NCBI GenBank assembly: GCA_964016885.1
Contig: OZ024740.1
Location: 62,992,001-63,056,000 of the forward strand
From: Eledone cirrhosa
Lineage: Eukaryota
DNA length: 64,000 bases
Reading direction: 5' to 3'
Below are positions 37,695 through 52,429 of this stretch, piece by piece; the first letter of the stretch is position 1, and every line of letters begins with the position of its first letter. The notes under the pieces were generated by a model. It was given only the letters and a program-made list of their open reading frames with translations, searched no databases and was not told the origin of the DNA. Made by a program: the position numbers and the translations under genes.

Positions 37695-39388
37695 TATTCT
37701 TTGAGTCTCAGTCATTGATGTTAGTTAACTGGAAAGTTTGTTGAAATGAATATCAAGCCACTACCTGCAGCCTCAGATATTCAGGACGTATCGGATGGTT
37801 CTTGCTGTTCCCAGCAAGCATGCCTTTTGAAGTGTTCCAAAAAGCGGGGCTGGACTAATTTTCTTTAACCATCCTTGGAAACTTTTTGAGATAGTACCTA
37901 GTGCGCCTATGACAATCGGGACCACTTTGACTTCATGGCAGTTCCAAATCCTTTTTACCTCCCACTTTACGTCCTGGTATCGGTTAATTTTCTCCCTCTC
38001 CTTCTCTTGCACTCTCGTGTCGAATGGACAGGCCACATCCACAATCAGGCACGATCTTTTTTCTTTGTCCAAAACCACCAGGTCAGGTCTATTGTGTTCC
38101 GGTTTCTTGTCCGTCTGTATCCTAAAATCCCACAGTACCTTCACCTGATCGTTTTCTATCACCGACTCTTGCTTATGCTCATACCACTTCTCAGAATGTG
38201 GTAAATTGTTTACTTTACATAGGTGCCAGTGGATCACCCTGCCAATCACATCATGTCTCCAGCCCTTATAGTGAGTCTGGGCTAGGTGTTTACACTCGGA
38301 TACAATGTGAGCCACAGTCTACTCGCTCTCTCCACAGATCCTGCACAGTGGGCTAGCCTCCTCCTTGTAAATATGGTGTTTCAACCACTTCGTTTTGAGG
38401 GCCTGCTCCTGCGCAGCCATTAAAATTCCTTCTGTAGCCTTTTTAAGGTCTCCTCTTTTCAACCAGTTCCATGTCTGTGAATCTCTAAATTCAGTTTTCT
38501 CAAAGAAGGTACTATGAAGGGATTTTTCCTGAAGGCTGCTCTTTCTCCTTGATGTTATTTCCTCCTTGGACTTCCCCTGGCCTACTGTCTCCTCCTTCAG
38601 TACAGTTCTGAGCATTGGCTCCTTACTATCAGTCACGTATTTGTGTAGGTTGTTTTTCTCCATCTGAACACAGTCCTCTAAGCTGATAAGACCTGTTCCA
38701 CCCTCAAAACTCCTCTTGTGGAACATGTTGTAGATAGTCAATAGCTTCCTAGTCTTCCTATCCATTTCTTTCTGTTCAGCAACATTCCATCTCAGAATTC
38801 TCGCATTGTACCTAATAATAGACACAGCTCGGGAATTTACTGCACTTATGGCATTCCTACTGTTCAGATGTGACTTTAATACGCTCCTTACTCTCCGAAT
38901 GTATTCAGTTCTTATCAATTCCTTCATTTTTTTTTGTTCTTGATGTCATCAGCCTCCAGAACGCCCAAATACTTGTATCCTTCTTCAGAGTCAATTTCCT
39001 TTATCATCTCACCCGTTGGTACCTGGATTCCGTTACTTCTGATCAACTTACCCCTCTTCATCACAATGACTCCACACTTACTAATACCAAATTGCATACA
39101 TATATCATTGGTGAAAATACGGACAGTGTCAACAAGCACATCCAACTCCTTCTCACTCTTCCCGAAGAGCTTAAGATCGTCCATGAAGAGGAGGTGATTG
39201 ATGGTAATCCTTCCCTTTCCCAACCTGTATCCTGCTCTCACTTTTCGCAGTACACTCGTCAGGGGCATCAGGGCAAGGACAAACAACAGAGGAGACAGAC
39301 TATCTCCCTGGAAGATACCTCTCTTGATCTTCACGCTTCCCAAGGATTCTCCAGTTGATGTTAACTCTGTTTCCAAGGACTTCATACT

Positions 39389-39390
<2 letters not shown>
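37695..39390 (-). mobile_element. 5'-truncated R4/Dong-like non-LTR retrotransposon
   Basis: GIFQGDSLSPLLF; HLLFMDDLKL; YKYLG; CRICG..E...HIVSEC..RHD; HNRPDLVV..DVACP..EK..RY; (TAA)n at both ends. Confidence 0.92.
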
Positions 39391-39427
<37 letters not shown>

Positions 39428-39428
<1 letters not shown>

Positions 39429-42400
39429 AGTTGCATTTATCTTGCTTTATGTTCATACGAGTTATCACCAAGTCACAACCAGTGACCTCAAGAGACAACA
39501 AGGTCCACCATGTTCAAGAAAGAACATACATATTCACACATGCATCTTTAGTGTTTAGACTTGTGATGTACTTATATTGACAGAATCTTCCTTAGTATAT
39601 GGTTAGTTCCCATTAATACTATCTTTTGTATTTCTCCTATACGCGGGTTTCCTGGGATTTGCGATATGTAATCATTAGACCCCTTAGGTATCATTCCCAG
39701 AGCACCTACAACCACTGGTATTGTTTTAGTTCTCAATTTCCACATTTTTCCAATTTCTATCTCCAGGTCCTTATACTTGCTCAATTTTTCAAATGTTTTT
39801 ATAGATACATTCTTGTCTATTGGAACAGACATATCAGTTAGCAGGCATACCCTCTTTTGAAAGTCTTTCAATATTATATCAGGTCTGTTTGCATCTATTT
39901 TTCGGTCTGTTTGGATGCTAAAGTTCCACAAGATTGAGATGTGATCTTTTTCAAGTATGGGAGCTGGTTGATGCTCCCACCAGTTCTTTTGATGGGGCAG
40001 GTAAAAATGCTTACACATTATCCAATGTATATATTGTGCAGCTCTGTCATGCCTGTTTAGGTATTCGGTTGGAGCTATAGGACTGCACATTGAAATTATA
40101 TGGTCAATGGTCTCTGGTTGTTTTTTTGCATACACGGCATAATGGGCTGCACCCATTTTTTATTATGTTGGCTTGGTAATTTTTTGTTGGCAGACACTGA
40201 TCTTGTGCCGATATAATCTGTCCTTCAGTCTCCGATTTCAGTCCAGAGGATGCCAACCACTGATGGGTTAAAGTTTTGTCAACATCAGGATTGTTAGCTC
40301 GCTCTGGGTATTTTCCATACAGAGGCTTTTCTTGCCATTTCTTAGCCAGTTTCTGTAGCAGTTCTTTCTTTGCAGTTACTTTTACCTGCTTTGCTTTTTC
40401 TGTGTTTTCCATTTCAGCAGTAAATGGGACTTCTGAAATTTGTAGTCCATTACTGTATCTTTGTGCATCTTTTGTAATGGAATATGATCTTTTGATGCTT
40501 TCGTGTTTCAAAACGAGTTTGATCATCCAATCATGTGATTCCCTTAGATATGTAGATAATCCAATTGTTGCAGTTTTCAACGCAATGTCTAACTGGATTA
40601 ACCCACGTCCTCCTTCTTTCCTAGGGAGATATATTATATCTATATCTGCCTTAGGGTGATGCATTCTGTGCATGGTTAAGAATTTTCGAATTTTTGTATC
40701 GAACCTACGGATCTCTGTGCTTGACCAGTTGATGACATTGTAACTGTAGGTTACTACTGGTATGGCAAGCGTGTTTATGGCATCGATCCTATTCCTTGCA
40801 TTCAATTCCGTTCTTAAGATTGCTCTTACTCTGCGGTAACATTTCTTCCTTATCCCTCATTGTCGAGTGCTTGATTCCGTCTCCTTCACAAACACCTAGA
40901 TATTTGTAAGTTTTTTCTTGATCAAGTTCTCTTATCACGTTCCCCCGATCAAGATTAATGTCTGAACTCTTCAGCAGCTTTCCTCTGGTGAACGTTGCTT
41001 TGGCGCATTTTTCTAGTCCAAATTCCATTTTAATGTCATCACTGAACTGCTTCACAGTGGATAATAGCCCTTGCAATTGTTCATCATTTTTTGCAAATAG
41101 TTTCAGGTCATCCATGTAGAACAGGTGATTAATGGTTTTGTCATAGACTTTATATCCATGTTTTGTTTCATTGAGCATTTTACTTAATGGTATAAGTGCG
41201 ATGCAGAATAAAAGCGGTGATAAAGAGTCACCCTGAAAAATTCCACAATTAATATTAACTTCTCCAGCTTCCAGTGATTTTGTTTCACTATTCAAAAGCA
41301 GTGTCGTTTTCCATGTCTTCATACTGAATGACAAAAACCTCCTGACAACGGGGGATACTTTGAAAATCTCTAAACATTTTTCAATCCAACTGTGTGGCAA
41401 ACTATCAAATGCTTTTTTATAATCTATCCAAGCAATCGATAGATTTTTGTGTCTATTATGACAATCTTCCAGTATCATTTTGTTAACCAGAAGCTGATCC
41501 TTACAGCCATATGAGCCTCGTTTACACCCTTTCTGCTCAATGGGAAATAGGTCATTTGTTATCAGGTGGTCATATGTGTATTCAGTTAGGACTGATGTTA
41601 AAATTTTATACATTGTGGTCAAGCAAGTTATCGGTCTGTAATTTTTGGGATTGTTTGTCTCATCATTCTTCGGAAGCAGGAATGTAATGCCGTTAACTAG
41701 CCAAGAAGGTATCTTTTCTGGCTCCTTAACTATTTCATTGTAAAGTTGGGCTAACAGCTCATGAGACTCTGTGAAGGCATTTATCCAAAAGTTTTGTATT
41801 TTGTCTTTTCCTGGGGATTTCCATTTGCTGGTTTTTCTTAGAGCCAAGCGCAACTGTTCAACTGTTATATTTTCCCATGTTTGTTCCTCAAGGTGAGCTG
41901 TATCTTTCATTTGTCTGTCTATCCCTGGGGCATGTATGTTATGAACTTTTTCTTCGGCCCAGATCTTTTCCCAGAATTCTTGCACTTCCTCCTTGGGTGG
42001 TATTGATTTAGCAGTTATTGTTGACTTACCAATTTTTCTGTAGAAGTTTCTTTGGTTGTTTTTGAACATATTATTGTCCTTATAGAATCTAGATCGTTTT
42101 TCAAAGCGACTTATACGAGCAGCTTTGGCCGACACTTTTCGCTTGATTATTTCTATCAGCATGTCTATGTCACTTGTTGATTTTATACTGTACTTTTTTT
42201 TCAATTTTCTAAGTCTAGTTTGTTTAACATGTTCACCTACTTTATAGTTTGTTAAAATTTCTATGTCAGATCGGAGAAGGTTTATTTGGCGATTGATGTT
42301 CTCTTGCCAAGTAGATTTCTTGTGGGAATTCCTTTGTTTTTTCATCTTCACTCCACATAAGTGAGTGGTGACTTTAGCCGATGCATAATAGAGATGATTT

Positions 42401-43400
42401 AAATCAGTAATTTTTAGTTTGTTTGTGATGATAATGTTTTTGAGAATTATGTTAGTCTTGTGTATTATCTTTTGGTTCTGTTTGGAGTTCTGGATCTTAG
42501 GGAGGGTGTCTCGTTGCCCCATGTCAGATTCTTTCATTTTCATCCATTCGATCATAATTTCATCCTTCAATTTGGCAAGTTCATTCTCATTCATTTCCTT
42601 ATCATTTACGATCTCATTATTTTCATTTGGAGTTTCATCCTGAGCATGCACCCCCTCCACTTTTTCGATCCTTTCTTTAATTTGTTCTGTTGCCAGTGAT
42701 TCCGCCCCCACCTTGGGATTCGAAATGTTACAGTTTACCTCGTTTTCACTGACACATGTTTCATTTTCCCTTCGCTGACTTTGTGCTAATAGCTTGATCT
42801 GATCAATTTTTTATATCAGTTAGTAACTTTTTTCTTACAATATTTCTTCGTATATTGGCTAGTTTGTTACTGTCAATATAGCCTCTGTTTTCGGGATGTT
42901 TCTTTTTCCAGTTGATATATGTCTGTTCTGTATTCGATGTATTTGATGGGTAGTACATGGCAGTGTAGAAAGCCTCAAAGACTTCTTTATTATCTTCCCT
43001 TGACCATTTTTCTCTCTTTTTCTTTGGATTTCTTGGTGGTGAGCATGGAGGGCCAACAGTAGGAGTATTCCGGTTATGGGAGGTCTCCAGCTCCGAAGTG
43101 ATGGGAAGGTTTGAACCATTAGCTGATTTTTCGACCCCAGTCTGGTTCCTCTCTGAGCGGCGCGGCCCTTTTTTTACCCGGGTGACGGCCGATCCGGTAT
43201 GAGATTTTATCATTAGACATTTACTTTATTTTTTCGCGTTTTATCCTTATCCGCCAAGGGGTAATCATTTCGTGTTACCACTTCTAGAACGAGTGTCAAC
43301 CAAGACTAGAGGGGTCGTTCTCCCCTAGAGACACTGCTATTCCCCGCCGGCCGCCATCCCGGTATTTCTTGGTCAGGGGGTTTTCTTTTTGTTGTTTTTT
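39428..43400 (-). mobile_element. Near full-length R4/Dong-like non-LTR retrotransposon (RT + REL; three frameshifts)
   Basis: ORFs 42803-43213, 40789-42711, 40104-40805 and 39572-40156: KREKWSRE; KSPGKD; YRPITCL; WIDYKKAFDS; QGDSLSP; YMDDLKL; CRVC; NRPDII..D.SVP..EKLSKY; (TAA)n 3' flank. Confidence 0.93.
40789..42711 (-). CDS. Reverse transcriptase segment of the R4/Dong-like element
   Basis: All non-LTR RT motifs present, YMDD catalytic motif. Confidence 0.93.
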   Translation of the reverse strand: MGAESLATEQIKERIEKVEGVHAQDETPNENNEIVNDKEMNENELAKLKDEIMIEWMKMKESDMGQRDTLPKIQNSKQNQKIIHKTNIILKNIIITNKLKITDLNHLYYASAKVTTHLCGVKMKKQRNSHKKSTWQENINRQINLLRSDIEILTNYKVGEHVKQTRLRKLKKKYSIKSTSDIDMLIEIIKRKVSAKAARISRFEKRSRFYKDNNMFKNNQRNFYRKIGKSTITAKSIPPKEEVQEFWEKIWAEEKVHNIHAPGIDRQMKDTAHLEEQTWENITVEQLRLALRKTSKWKSPGKDKIQNFWINAFTESHELLAQLYNEIVKEPEKIPSWLVNGITFLLPKNDETNNPKNYRPITCLTTMYKILTSVLTEYTYDHLITNDLFPIEQKGCKRGSYGCKDQLLVNKMILEDCHNRHKNLSIAWIDYKKAFDSLPHSWIEKCLEIFKVSPVVRRFLSFSMKTWKTTLLLNSETKSLEAGEVNINCGIFQGDSLSPLLFCIALIPLSKMLNETKHGYKVYDKTINHLFYMDDLKLFAKNDEQLQGLLSTVKQFSDDIKMEFGLEKCAKATFTRGKLLKSSDINLDRGNVIRELDQEKTYKYLGVCEGDGIKHSTMRDKEEMLPQSKSNLKNGIECKE

Positions 43401-43534
43401 TTTTAAATTGTTATTATCATGAGTGGTTCCTTAATGTGAGCATTGCGTGGCTTAAGAATGAAATTATTAATAATTGTCTCCACTCCAGGCACAAGGCCAG
43501 CAATCACCCAGTGCATTACAATAATATAATATAC

Positions 43535-43669
<135 letters not shown>

Positions 43670-43849
43670 ATATGATTATATATGATATATGATATATATA
43701 TATGATATATGATTATAGTGTAGTACTTTACTATTATCTTAGATAACGCGAGGGAGGCTCTATGCACATTACAATCCTCGGTTCATCAGGAGGTTTAAAC
43801 GAACGATAAAGTTATCAGTTATCTTGCTGTTAAGATAGCAGAACATTAA

Positions 43850-44140
43850 TATTCAATATTACAAAACAATGAAGGTTACCAACTTACATTCATTCCTTTA
43901 TTTCTACGTCCGTTTCAATACGGTTATGATGGTAAATGTATTTGGTAAACCTTGTTTTATGTTTTATAATTTCCTGATGATGTGCGAGATATTGGTAATA
44001 TGTCTGGTGTAGTTATGTTATAGTTAATAATTTCCTGTTGTTCTGCAAATACATATACATTATGACCGTATTGAAACGAACGTAGAAATAAAGGAATGAA
44101 TGTAAGTTGTTAACGTTGATTTTTTGTAATATTGAACGTA
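43850..44140. mobile_element. Fold-back PLE end with long-stem-II HHR (43969-44089)
   Basis: ~43852-43943 vs ~44046-44136 inverted; atttc-CTGATGA-..-GAAA-cgaacg-TA-gaaat. Confidence 0.62.
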
Positions 44141-44145
44141 TATAC

Positions 44146-44195
<50 letters not shown>

Positions 44196-44234
44196 GATAT
44201 TAATAAATGGAAACTATATTTATAAAACCATATT

Positions 44235-44299
44235 TATTTCATTATACATATTTCAGGGATACCAAATTAAATTATGGTATGCCTTCATCAGACAAAATA
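44235..44299 (-). ncRNA. Type-I HHR (family with 56149, 57219, 62045)
   Basis: Reverse strand: tattttgt-CTGATGA-aggcatacca..tggtatccct-GAAA-tatgta-TA-atgaaata. Confidence 0.75.
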
Positions 44300-44894
44300 C
44301 AATATATAACAGTTTTACAAATAAGCTTTGACGTACCCTATTAAAATGCAACCATTGTTTTTGGAAGTCATCCGGACAGTGAATTGTTTATATAACTTTA
44401 ATAAGTCATAGTGTTAAGGACAATTAGAAAAAGATGGAGAGAAAGAAAAAGACGGCGAGAAAGAAAAAAAAGAAAAAACGTGGAGAAATATCGGAGAGAG
44501 AGAGAGATGCATGGAGAAAAAAAAGAAAGAGATAAGTAAAGTCAGGAGGAAAGGAAGAAAGAAGAAAAAAGGAAGAAATAATAAGAAAAACAGAGGAAAG
44601 CAACAGAGAGATATTAAGTCAACAGACAGATAGAAAAACTCAAGAGAGAGAAATGTTATATAGAGAGAGAGGGAGATTATGAAAACTTTACGTCATGTCA
44701 TGTTAAGTTGAGTTAACAATTCATATAAAATGAATAATAAAAATATAAATATTAATATTCATGAATGGGACATAGATATATAATATGAGAAATTAAACAT
44801 TGTTTAATAATGACTATATGTTTAGTTTAAACCTTGAGATCAATATACCAAAATTTGGGTTTAATCTCCAAAATGTACACATTGCTAGAGAAAG

Positions 44895-44946
<52 letters not shown>

Positions 44947-45807
44947 GCACGTCCTGAAAATAGGAATTATATTTACTCAAGTCAACAATATAGACATATA
45001 AAGCGCAGACGATTTCTCTTAATCACTGCTATACATTCGTTGCGTTATAAAAAGTTCACAGTATATATACACATAAATATATACGATTAACATTCATGAC
45101 TTCGTATATATGATTACCATTCATGCATTTAACATTTCTGCAATCCAAACTGCGTGGTTATGCAACATAACTTTTACCCACACATATACATACACACACA
45201 TATATACATATACACCTATATATGTATAAATAAATATCTGCGTGCGTCATCAAGCATCGCTCATGTATACATACAGAGATATATGCAATCATAAAAAACC
45301 TATAACACTTTTATATGCATGTTAATACACACATATACTTTTGTATAGAGATAATCAAATACCAATATATTACTAAGGATTATACTGTGGAAATATAATT
45401 ATACCAATATAAATTTAAAATACCAAAGGATTATATTTTGGAAATACAACTATATCAGTATAGTCAAAAGAACAAACGAATTCTAGAAATGTCAAAGCAT
45501 TAAATATCTTTAAAACACTATAGAGTATCTTAAGTTAAAATAATATGTTTCATATATTTAGTATAGAAAATTATCCTACTTATATTTCAATCAAGTATAG
45601 TTTATTTAAGATATTGTAAGTGTAGACATTTTAAAGTAGTTTATTATATCTATGTTTATATTTAGGAAGAAGTTTAAAAAGAAAAAGGTGAAGGAATCTA
45701 ATGATTTATCGACAGGTTTTATATATTAACTAAATTACTTAATTAATTATACTACATTTTAAATTTATATTTATATTTAAACGTTGAGTTCAATCTATGT
45801 CTGCAGC

Positions 45808-48250
45808 AACTTCCCTCTAAGACACAAGTACCACAACCTTTTAAACAAAAACACTATTAAAATCTCATACTCTACGACGCCTAACTTAGCACACCACATA
45901 GCTAGCAGCAATAAAAGTAAAATTAATTCTTACTTCCAACAAAAGAAATCACAACAGGAGGTAAACCTTCTAAATACCTCAGTAGCAAGCAACCATAGTA
46001 ACGGCAGTAATAATAGAAATAACACTAGTATAAGAAATAACACCGGGGCCGACAACCCGAATGTCCAAAATGATATAGCTACCACCCAGACTTCTGCACT
46101 GCATTATAACCTGCAGACTAACACACAGGATAATTGTAACTGTAGAGCTAATAGAACCTGCCCTTTAGATAAAAAATGCCTAACCAAGGATATCATATAC
46201 TCATGCACCGTCACAACTAGCAACTCTTCAGAAACCTATGTAGGCTCCACTTCTAACTGCTTCAAAATCAGATATAATTCGCACATCCACTCGTTCAAAA
46301 AGCACAGTCTAGCCAACTCCACCTCACTATCTAGCTACATACACTATCTAAAAACTAAAAATAAACCTTACACACTCAAATGGGAAGTGATAGGTAGCGC
46401 GACTTCGTACAAACCACCTAATAAATTTTGTAACCTCTGTATACTAGAGACCCACAATATTATCTTCTCTAACCGTAACCTACTTAACAAAAAATCTGAA
46501 GTGTTTGCAACGTGCCAGCACCGCTTCAGACATTCCTTCCAAAACTTTAAGCCCAATATATAGTAATGTCGGACTTGAACCAAACACCAACTCTAGCATC
46601 AAACACCAGGGGCACACCTTATACCACATACCCAACACTCACTGATCTAATATAACACAAGCAGCGACATCCCTCTAGAACCCTTCACAGGGGGAATACC
46701 CATCTGTACCCCTACTTTAGGAGCGACAACACCCACTCGCTTGAACTGCACTGCACCACTTTATAGTTAATTTAAGCATTGAATTGATTGTCTTGTTGGT
46801 GCTATGCGGAGGAAGTGCCATCGTTGGACAAATGAAAAACGAATTAATCTAGTAACGCTGATGAGCAGTATGACCGGTACGCTGAATGCAGTGAATGAAT
46901 GTATTGCAGGTGGCGTATGGGTTGTAAATATATGGATGATTTGATGGTCAGATTGGAGTCATGGAGACTGTGGATTGACCTATGGTCGGCCCTGGTGATG
47001 ATTATCTTTCGATATCCAATGTAGCAAGCGATGACCCAGAACTTACCAGAGATCATTATGTGTTGAAGTGATCCTGCAATCAACGTGCCTGGTCCTTTGA
47101 GTAGACTGCAACCACAGAGGTCATTAATTTAGAATCCTCGCTCGACGTGTATAATATTCATTCGTGGCACTCTACGATGGGGGTTAATCACCATAATAAT
47201 AAGAACACCTCAGCACAACTTAATAGACTACCCTATAGTTAAAACACTTTAAATCTTAGAAATTTTTTAGAAATTGCGCATAACCATATAAGTTAGGGTC
47301 TATTTTGAGACACATTATAATAGTTAGTAATAGAAACCACGGAGTTACCTCCCCTCATGCATTAACTCCCCTTAGCCACACACACACTTCCGGGTAGTAT
47401 TTCGATGTCGATTCTCGAAACGTAACATCCTCCTGTATTGAACTAAGGAACATCAGACTGCTATTCTCTAACTGGATTGTCAAAGCCCAATATCGAATCG
47501 TCGTGGATTATGTGAGGGGCATATAATCTGAAAAATACGCTCCCCAGACTATGAAAATGTCGAAGTGCATGAAGTCCATATCACCGCTTCGCTGCGCATT
47601 TCCAATATGTTTAATGCTTACACTATTTTTAATACTTATATTATTTCTCCACACACAGACTATAACAATCATATAAAGAATTCGTCACCAGATCAACCAA
47701 CCTAACACTCTCGATTACCTGCTTAAGTGCTTTTACTACACGCAACTCTCTGCCGCACTATATAAACAAGACGCACGTGCTTGCCACACATATAACACTT
47801 GCACTATATAACCGCTTATTTTCATGTTGTATTTTAACCTGTATTTTTGATTGTATCTTTTAATATGAATGTAACCTCTAAGTGTGTACTGCCACTCTAA
47901 ATGCTGTAATGAATGTTGACCCACAATATTTGCATATGTATCTGTATGTCTCTTGGGTGAAAAGGAGGTCATATAAGTGTTCATTCAATAATAAATTGCT
48001 CCGAAGAATCCAAACCTCGGTTTGGAGGAAACAGTTGTAAGCACAAAAATGTTTTGAACAGTTCTTTGATTCTTATAATTCATATAACTGCTCTGTAAAG
48101 CATCTGATGTTTTTACATTGAGCTACTTAACTTACTGGTAATAAGGTAGTAATATATTACTGCCTACCACTATTTAGGGTTTGTATAAAAATATATATAA
48201 CTGCAAAAGGTTTTTGTATTTACATAACCATAAATAGTATAATTAATACT
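45808..48250 (+). mobile_element. 3' portion of a Naiad-like PLE (GIY-YIG ORF to 46563, long 3' UTR, HHR at 47997-48043)
   Basis: FP.RHKY..LLNKNTIKISYS; CNCRANRTCPLDKKC; IIYSC..TYVGST..FKIRY..H; CNLCILE; tgct-CCGAAGA-atccaaacc tc ggtttggag-GAAA-cagttg-TA-agca. Confidence 0.85.
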
Positions 48251-48378
48251 ATATATATATATATATATAAATTTCAGGTTATCAATAATGTAGTGATAAT
48301 ATATCGTTACGTTAGAGATGAACAGCGTGCGTGTAGGTTTGCTCAACGAGTATAAATTATATTCCGGAGAAAATGTAG

Positions 48379-51362
48379 AAAAGATGAATATAAAATGAAA
48401 GTGCTTTTTTTAAAAAGGAATTTATTAGGTATTGACATATGTTTCTGTAACAGACGGAATACCTATGTATCGCTGCTTGCGTAATCCTATAATGTTAGCA
48501 AGTATTCGATAGCAAATGTATAATCAGTTGTCACTTCTTCAGATATTTTGGATAAATTGGATAAAATCAGAAAAATTGAAGTATTTATATTAGTAATAGA
48601 GGAAGAAGAGAGGGGATAGTATATGACAGATGGTAATTCAATTTACTGCTAAACAAGTATATAAAGGGTTTCTAATGAGAATACCATGAGTAAATGGTTC
48701 ATTTTATCTAAATAAGAATTTTTGGGAGTGCCAATTTTAATCTCTACTTGACCAATTGAACAGTGGACAGGGCTGGTCATTTGGTGTAGTAGTATTAATT
48801 ATAAAGTGTCAATTGGGGAAGGGGGAAATTTCGATTGCTACTGAATAACATTAATGCTAGTAGCCAGCTGGTATGTGCATTAGGGAATTGAAATTGTTAA
48901 AAAACTTTGTATTGACGATAGAACGCAACCCTTAACACCAGCTATACCATCCTTCAACCTGAAGGACCTCAAGGTAAACTTCGATACTAACTTAGACTTA
49001 TATGCCCCTCTAAATCTGATATAGGCAAAATTAGCAAATATATACTAGACAGAATTATCCCCCAAGTTAAGGTTAAAGTAGAAATTTAACTATGGGGTAA
49101 CACTCATGAAGCAATAAGATGGTTTAATAACATTACTGATAAGAAAAATTCAAAATTTATTCAGTTTGATATTGATGAATATTATTCCTCAATTTCCCCT
49201 GATACTCTACATGAAGCTCTTTCGTTCGCTAAGGCTAATTCCGACCTTACGGGTGCTGAAATTAAAATTATTATGGAAGCGAAGAAAACTATAGTTAAAT
49301 TCGATGATAGCTACTGGGTTCACAAAGATAGACCTTCTAATTTTGATATTACTATGGGTTCTAATGATTCGGCGGAAGTAACAGATCTTGTGGGAATTTA
49401 TATCACCCACAGACTACAAGGAAAATTCAAGGATCTCCACGGTGGAATCTACCGTGATGATGCGCTCCTATTAGTTAAGCATATGAATAACCAGAATTTA
49501 GAAAGGATGCGTAAAAATATCAGAAAGCTTTTTAAGGAACTAGGATTAAATATTACATTTGAATATAACCTCAAAGAGGTCAATTTCCTTGATGTTACTT
49601 TGAATCTCAATACAGATACGATTAAACCGTTCCATAAACTAAATGAGAACCTTAAATATGTAAATACGAGTTCTAACCATCCACTCTCTATAATTAAATC
49701 CATCCCTAGAAATGTTTCTCTTAGAATCTCCCGCCTGTCGTCCAACCAACAAACCTTCAAAGAACATGCCGAATATTATGATGATGCACTTAGAAAAGCC
49801 GGACACCTAGATAATATAGAGTATATAGTCGAAGATCACCAAAACACCCAAAATAAATCCCATAGGAGTAGAAATAGCACAGAATCACCACCATACATAC
49901 ACTACCGCAATAGACACAATAATAGTCGCACACCACCAAACAGAAGGCTATGTAAAGAGTATATTTGGTACAACCCGGTCTATAACAACTCTATTAAAAC
50001 CAATCTACCCTCACAATTCTTTCGATTAGTTAAAAAACACTTTCCAACATCACATAAATATAATAAAATCTTAAACCCTAACACTATTCGACTCTCATAT
50101 TCAACCGCCCCTAATATTGAACAACATATAAAAAAGCTTAACGCAAAACGGTTGTATAAACGCCTTCCAACACAAAACAATACACGTAAAACATTAGCTA
50201 TAACATCACAAAACAACAAACAATATCCTATCCTACCTAAACAACCTCATCAACCCATCCAGGACAATACAACAACGCAAAATTATAATTGTAACTGTGT
50301 CCAACCAGGAATGTGTCCGTTGAACAATCAGTGTCTTGAACGCAAGATCATATACAAATGTACTATCGAATCGGATAGACAGAAGTGGTACTATGTGGGA
50401 TCTACAGCCACCTCCTTCAAATCACGCCTTTATAGACATCGTTACTCGATAAAACATGAAAACCAGCGTTATGTAACAACACTCGCAGACAAGGCTTGGC
50501 AGCTGCATGAAAATAACCAACAATTTCACCTTAAATGGGATATAATAGTGACTGCTCCCCCATATCCCACGGACAGGAATTTTGTAAATTATGTAATGTA
50601 GAATTATTTTGTATTATGAAATCCAAAAACATTTTATTAAATAACAGAATAGAGCGATCGTTATACTGTAACCATCGCTTAAAATCTACATTCTCATATT
50701 ATAAATACCACCAGGATTGAACGCCCGCCTCTATCTCCGTTTGGTTGTCAAAATAGATATTAACATTCTCTATTAGTCTTAATTCTATCAACTCTTCTAT
50801 TATTTACCATTTAATATAAACTGCTATAGATAAAATGAGATTTCTGATTTCTTAATTCAATTCCCTAATGCACATACCAGCTGGCTACTAGCATTGATGT
50901 TATTCAGTAGCAATCGAAATCTCCCCCTTCCCCAATTGACACTTTATAATTAATACTACTACACCAAATGACCAGCCCTGTCCACTGTTCAATTGGTCAA
51001 GTAGAGATTAAAATTGGCACTCCCAAAAATTCTTATTTAGATAAAATGAACCATTTACTCATGGTATTCTCATTAGAAACCCTTTATATACTTGTTTAGC
51101 AGTAAATTGAATTACCATCTGTCATATACTATCCCCTCTCTTCTTCCTCTATTACTAATATAAATACTTCAATTTTTCTGATTTTATCCAATTTATCCAA
51201 AATCTCTGAATAAGTGACCACTGATTATACATTTGCTATCGAATACTTGCTAACATTATATGATTACGCAAGCAGCGATACATAGGTATTCCGTCTGTTA
51301 CAGAAACATATGTCAATACCTAATAAATTCCTTTTTAAAAAAAGCACTTTCATTTTATATTC

Positions 51363-51369
<7 letters not shown>
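48379..51369 (+). mobile_element. Naiad-like PLE, 5'-truncated, flanked by 514-bp inverted pseudo-LTRs
   Basis: 48379-48892 is the reverse complement of 50856-51369; decayed ORF ~48900-50720. Confidence 0.92.
49273..50720 (+). pseudogene. Naiad-like RT + GIY-YIG (frameshift near 50570; upstream stops)
   Basis: FDITMGSNDSAEVTDLVG; YRDDAL; NFLDVTL; SNHP; IWYNP; CNCVQPGMCPLNNQC; IIYKC..YYVGST; CKLCNVE. Confidence 0.9.
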
Positions 51370-51461
<92 letters not shown>

Positions 51462-51467
51462 ATATAT

Positions 51468-52417
<950 letters not shown>

Positions 52418-52429
52418 AAATAATTAAGT

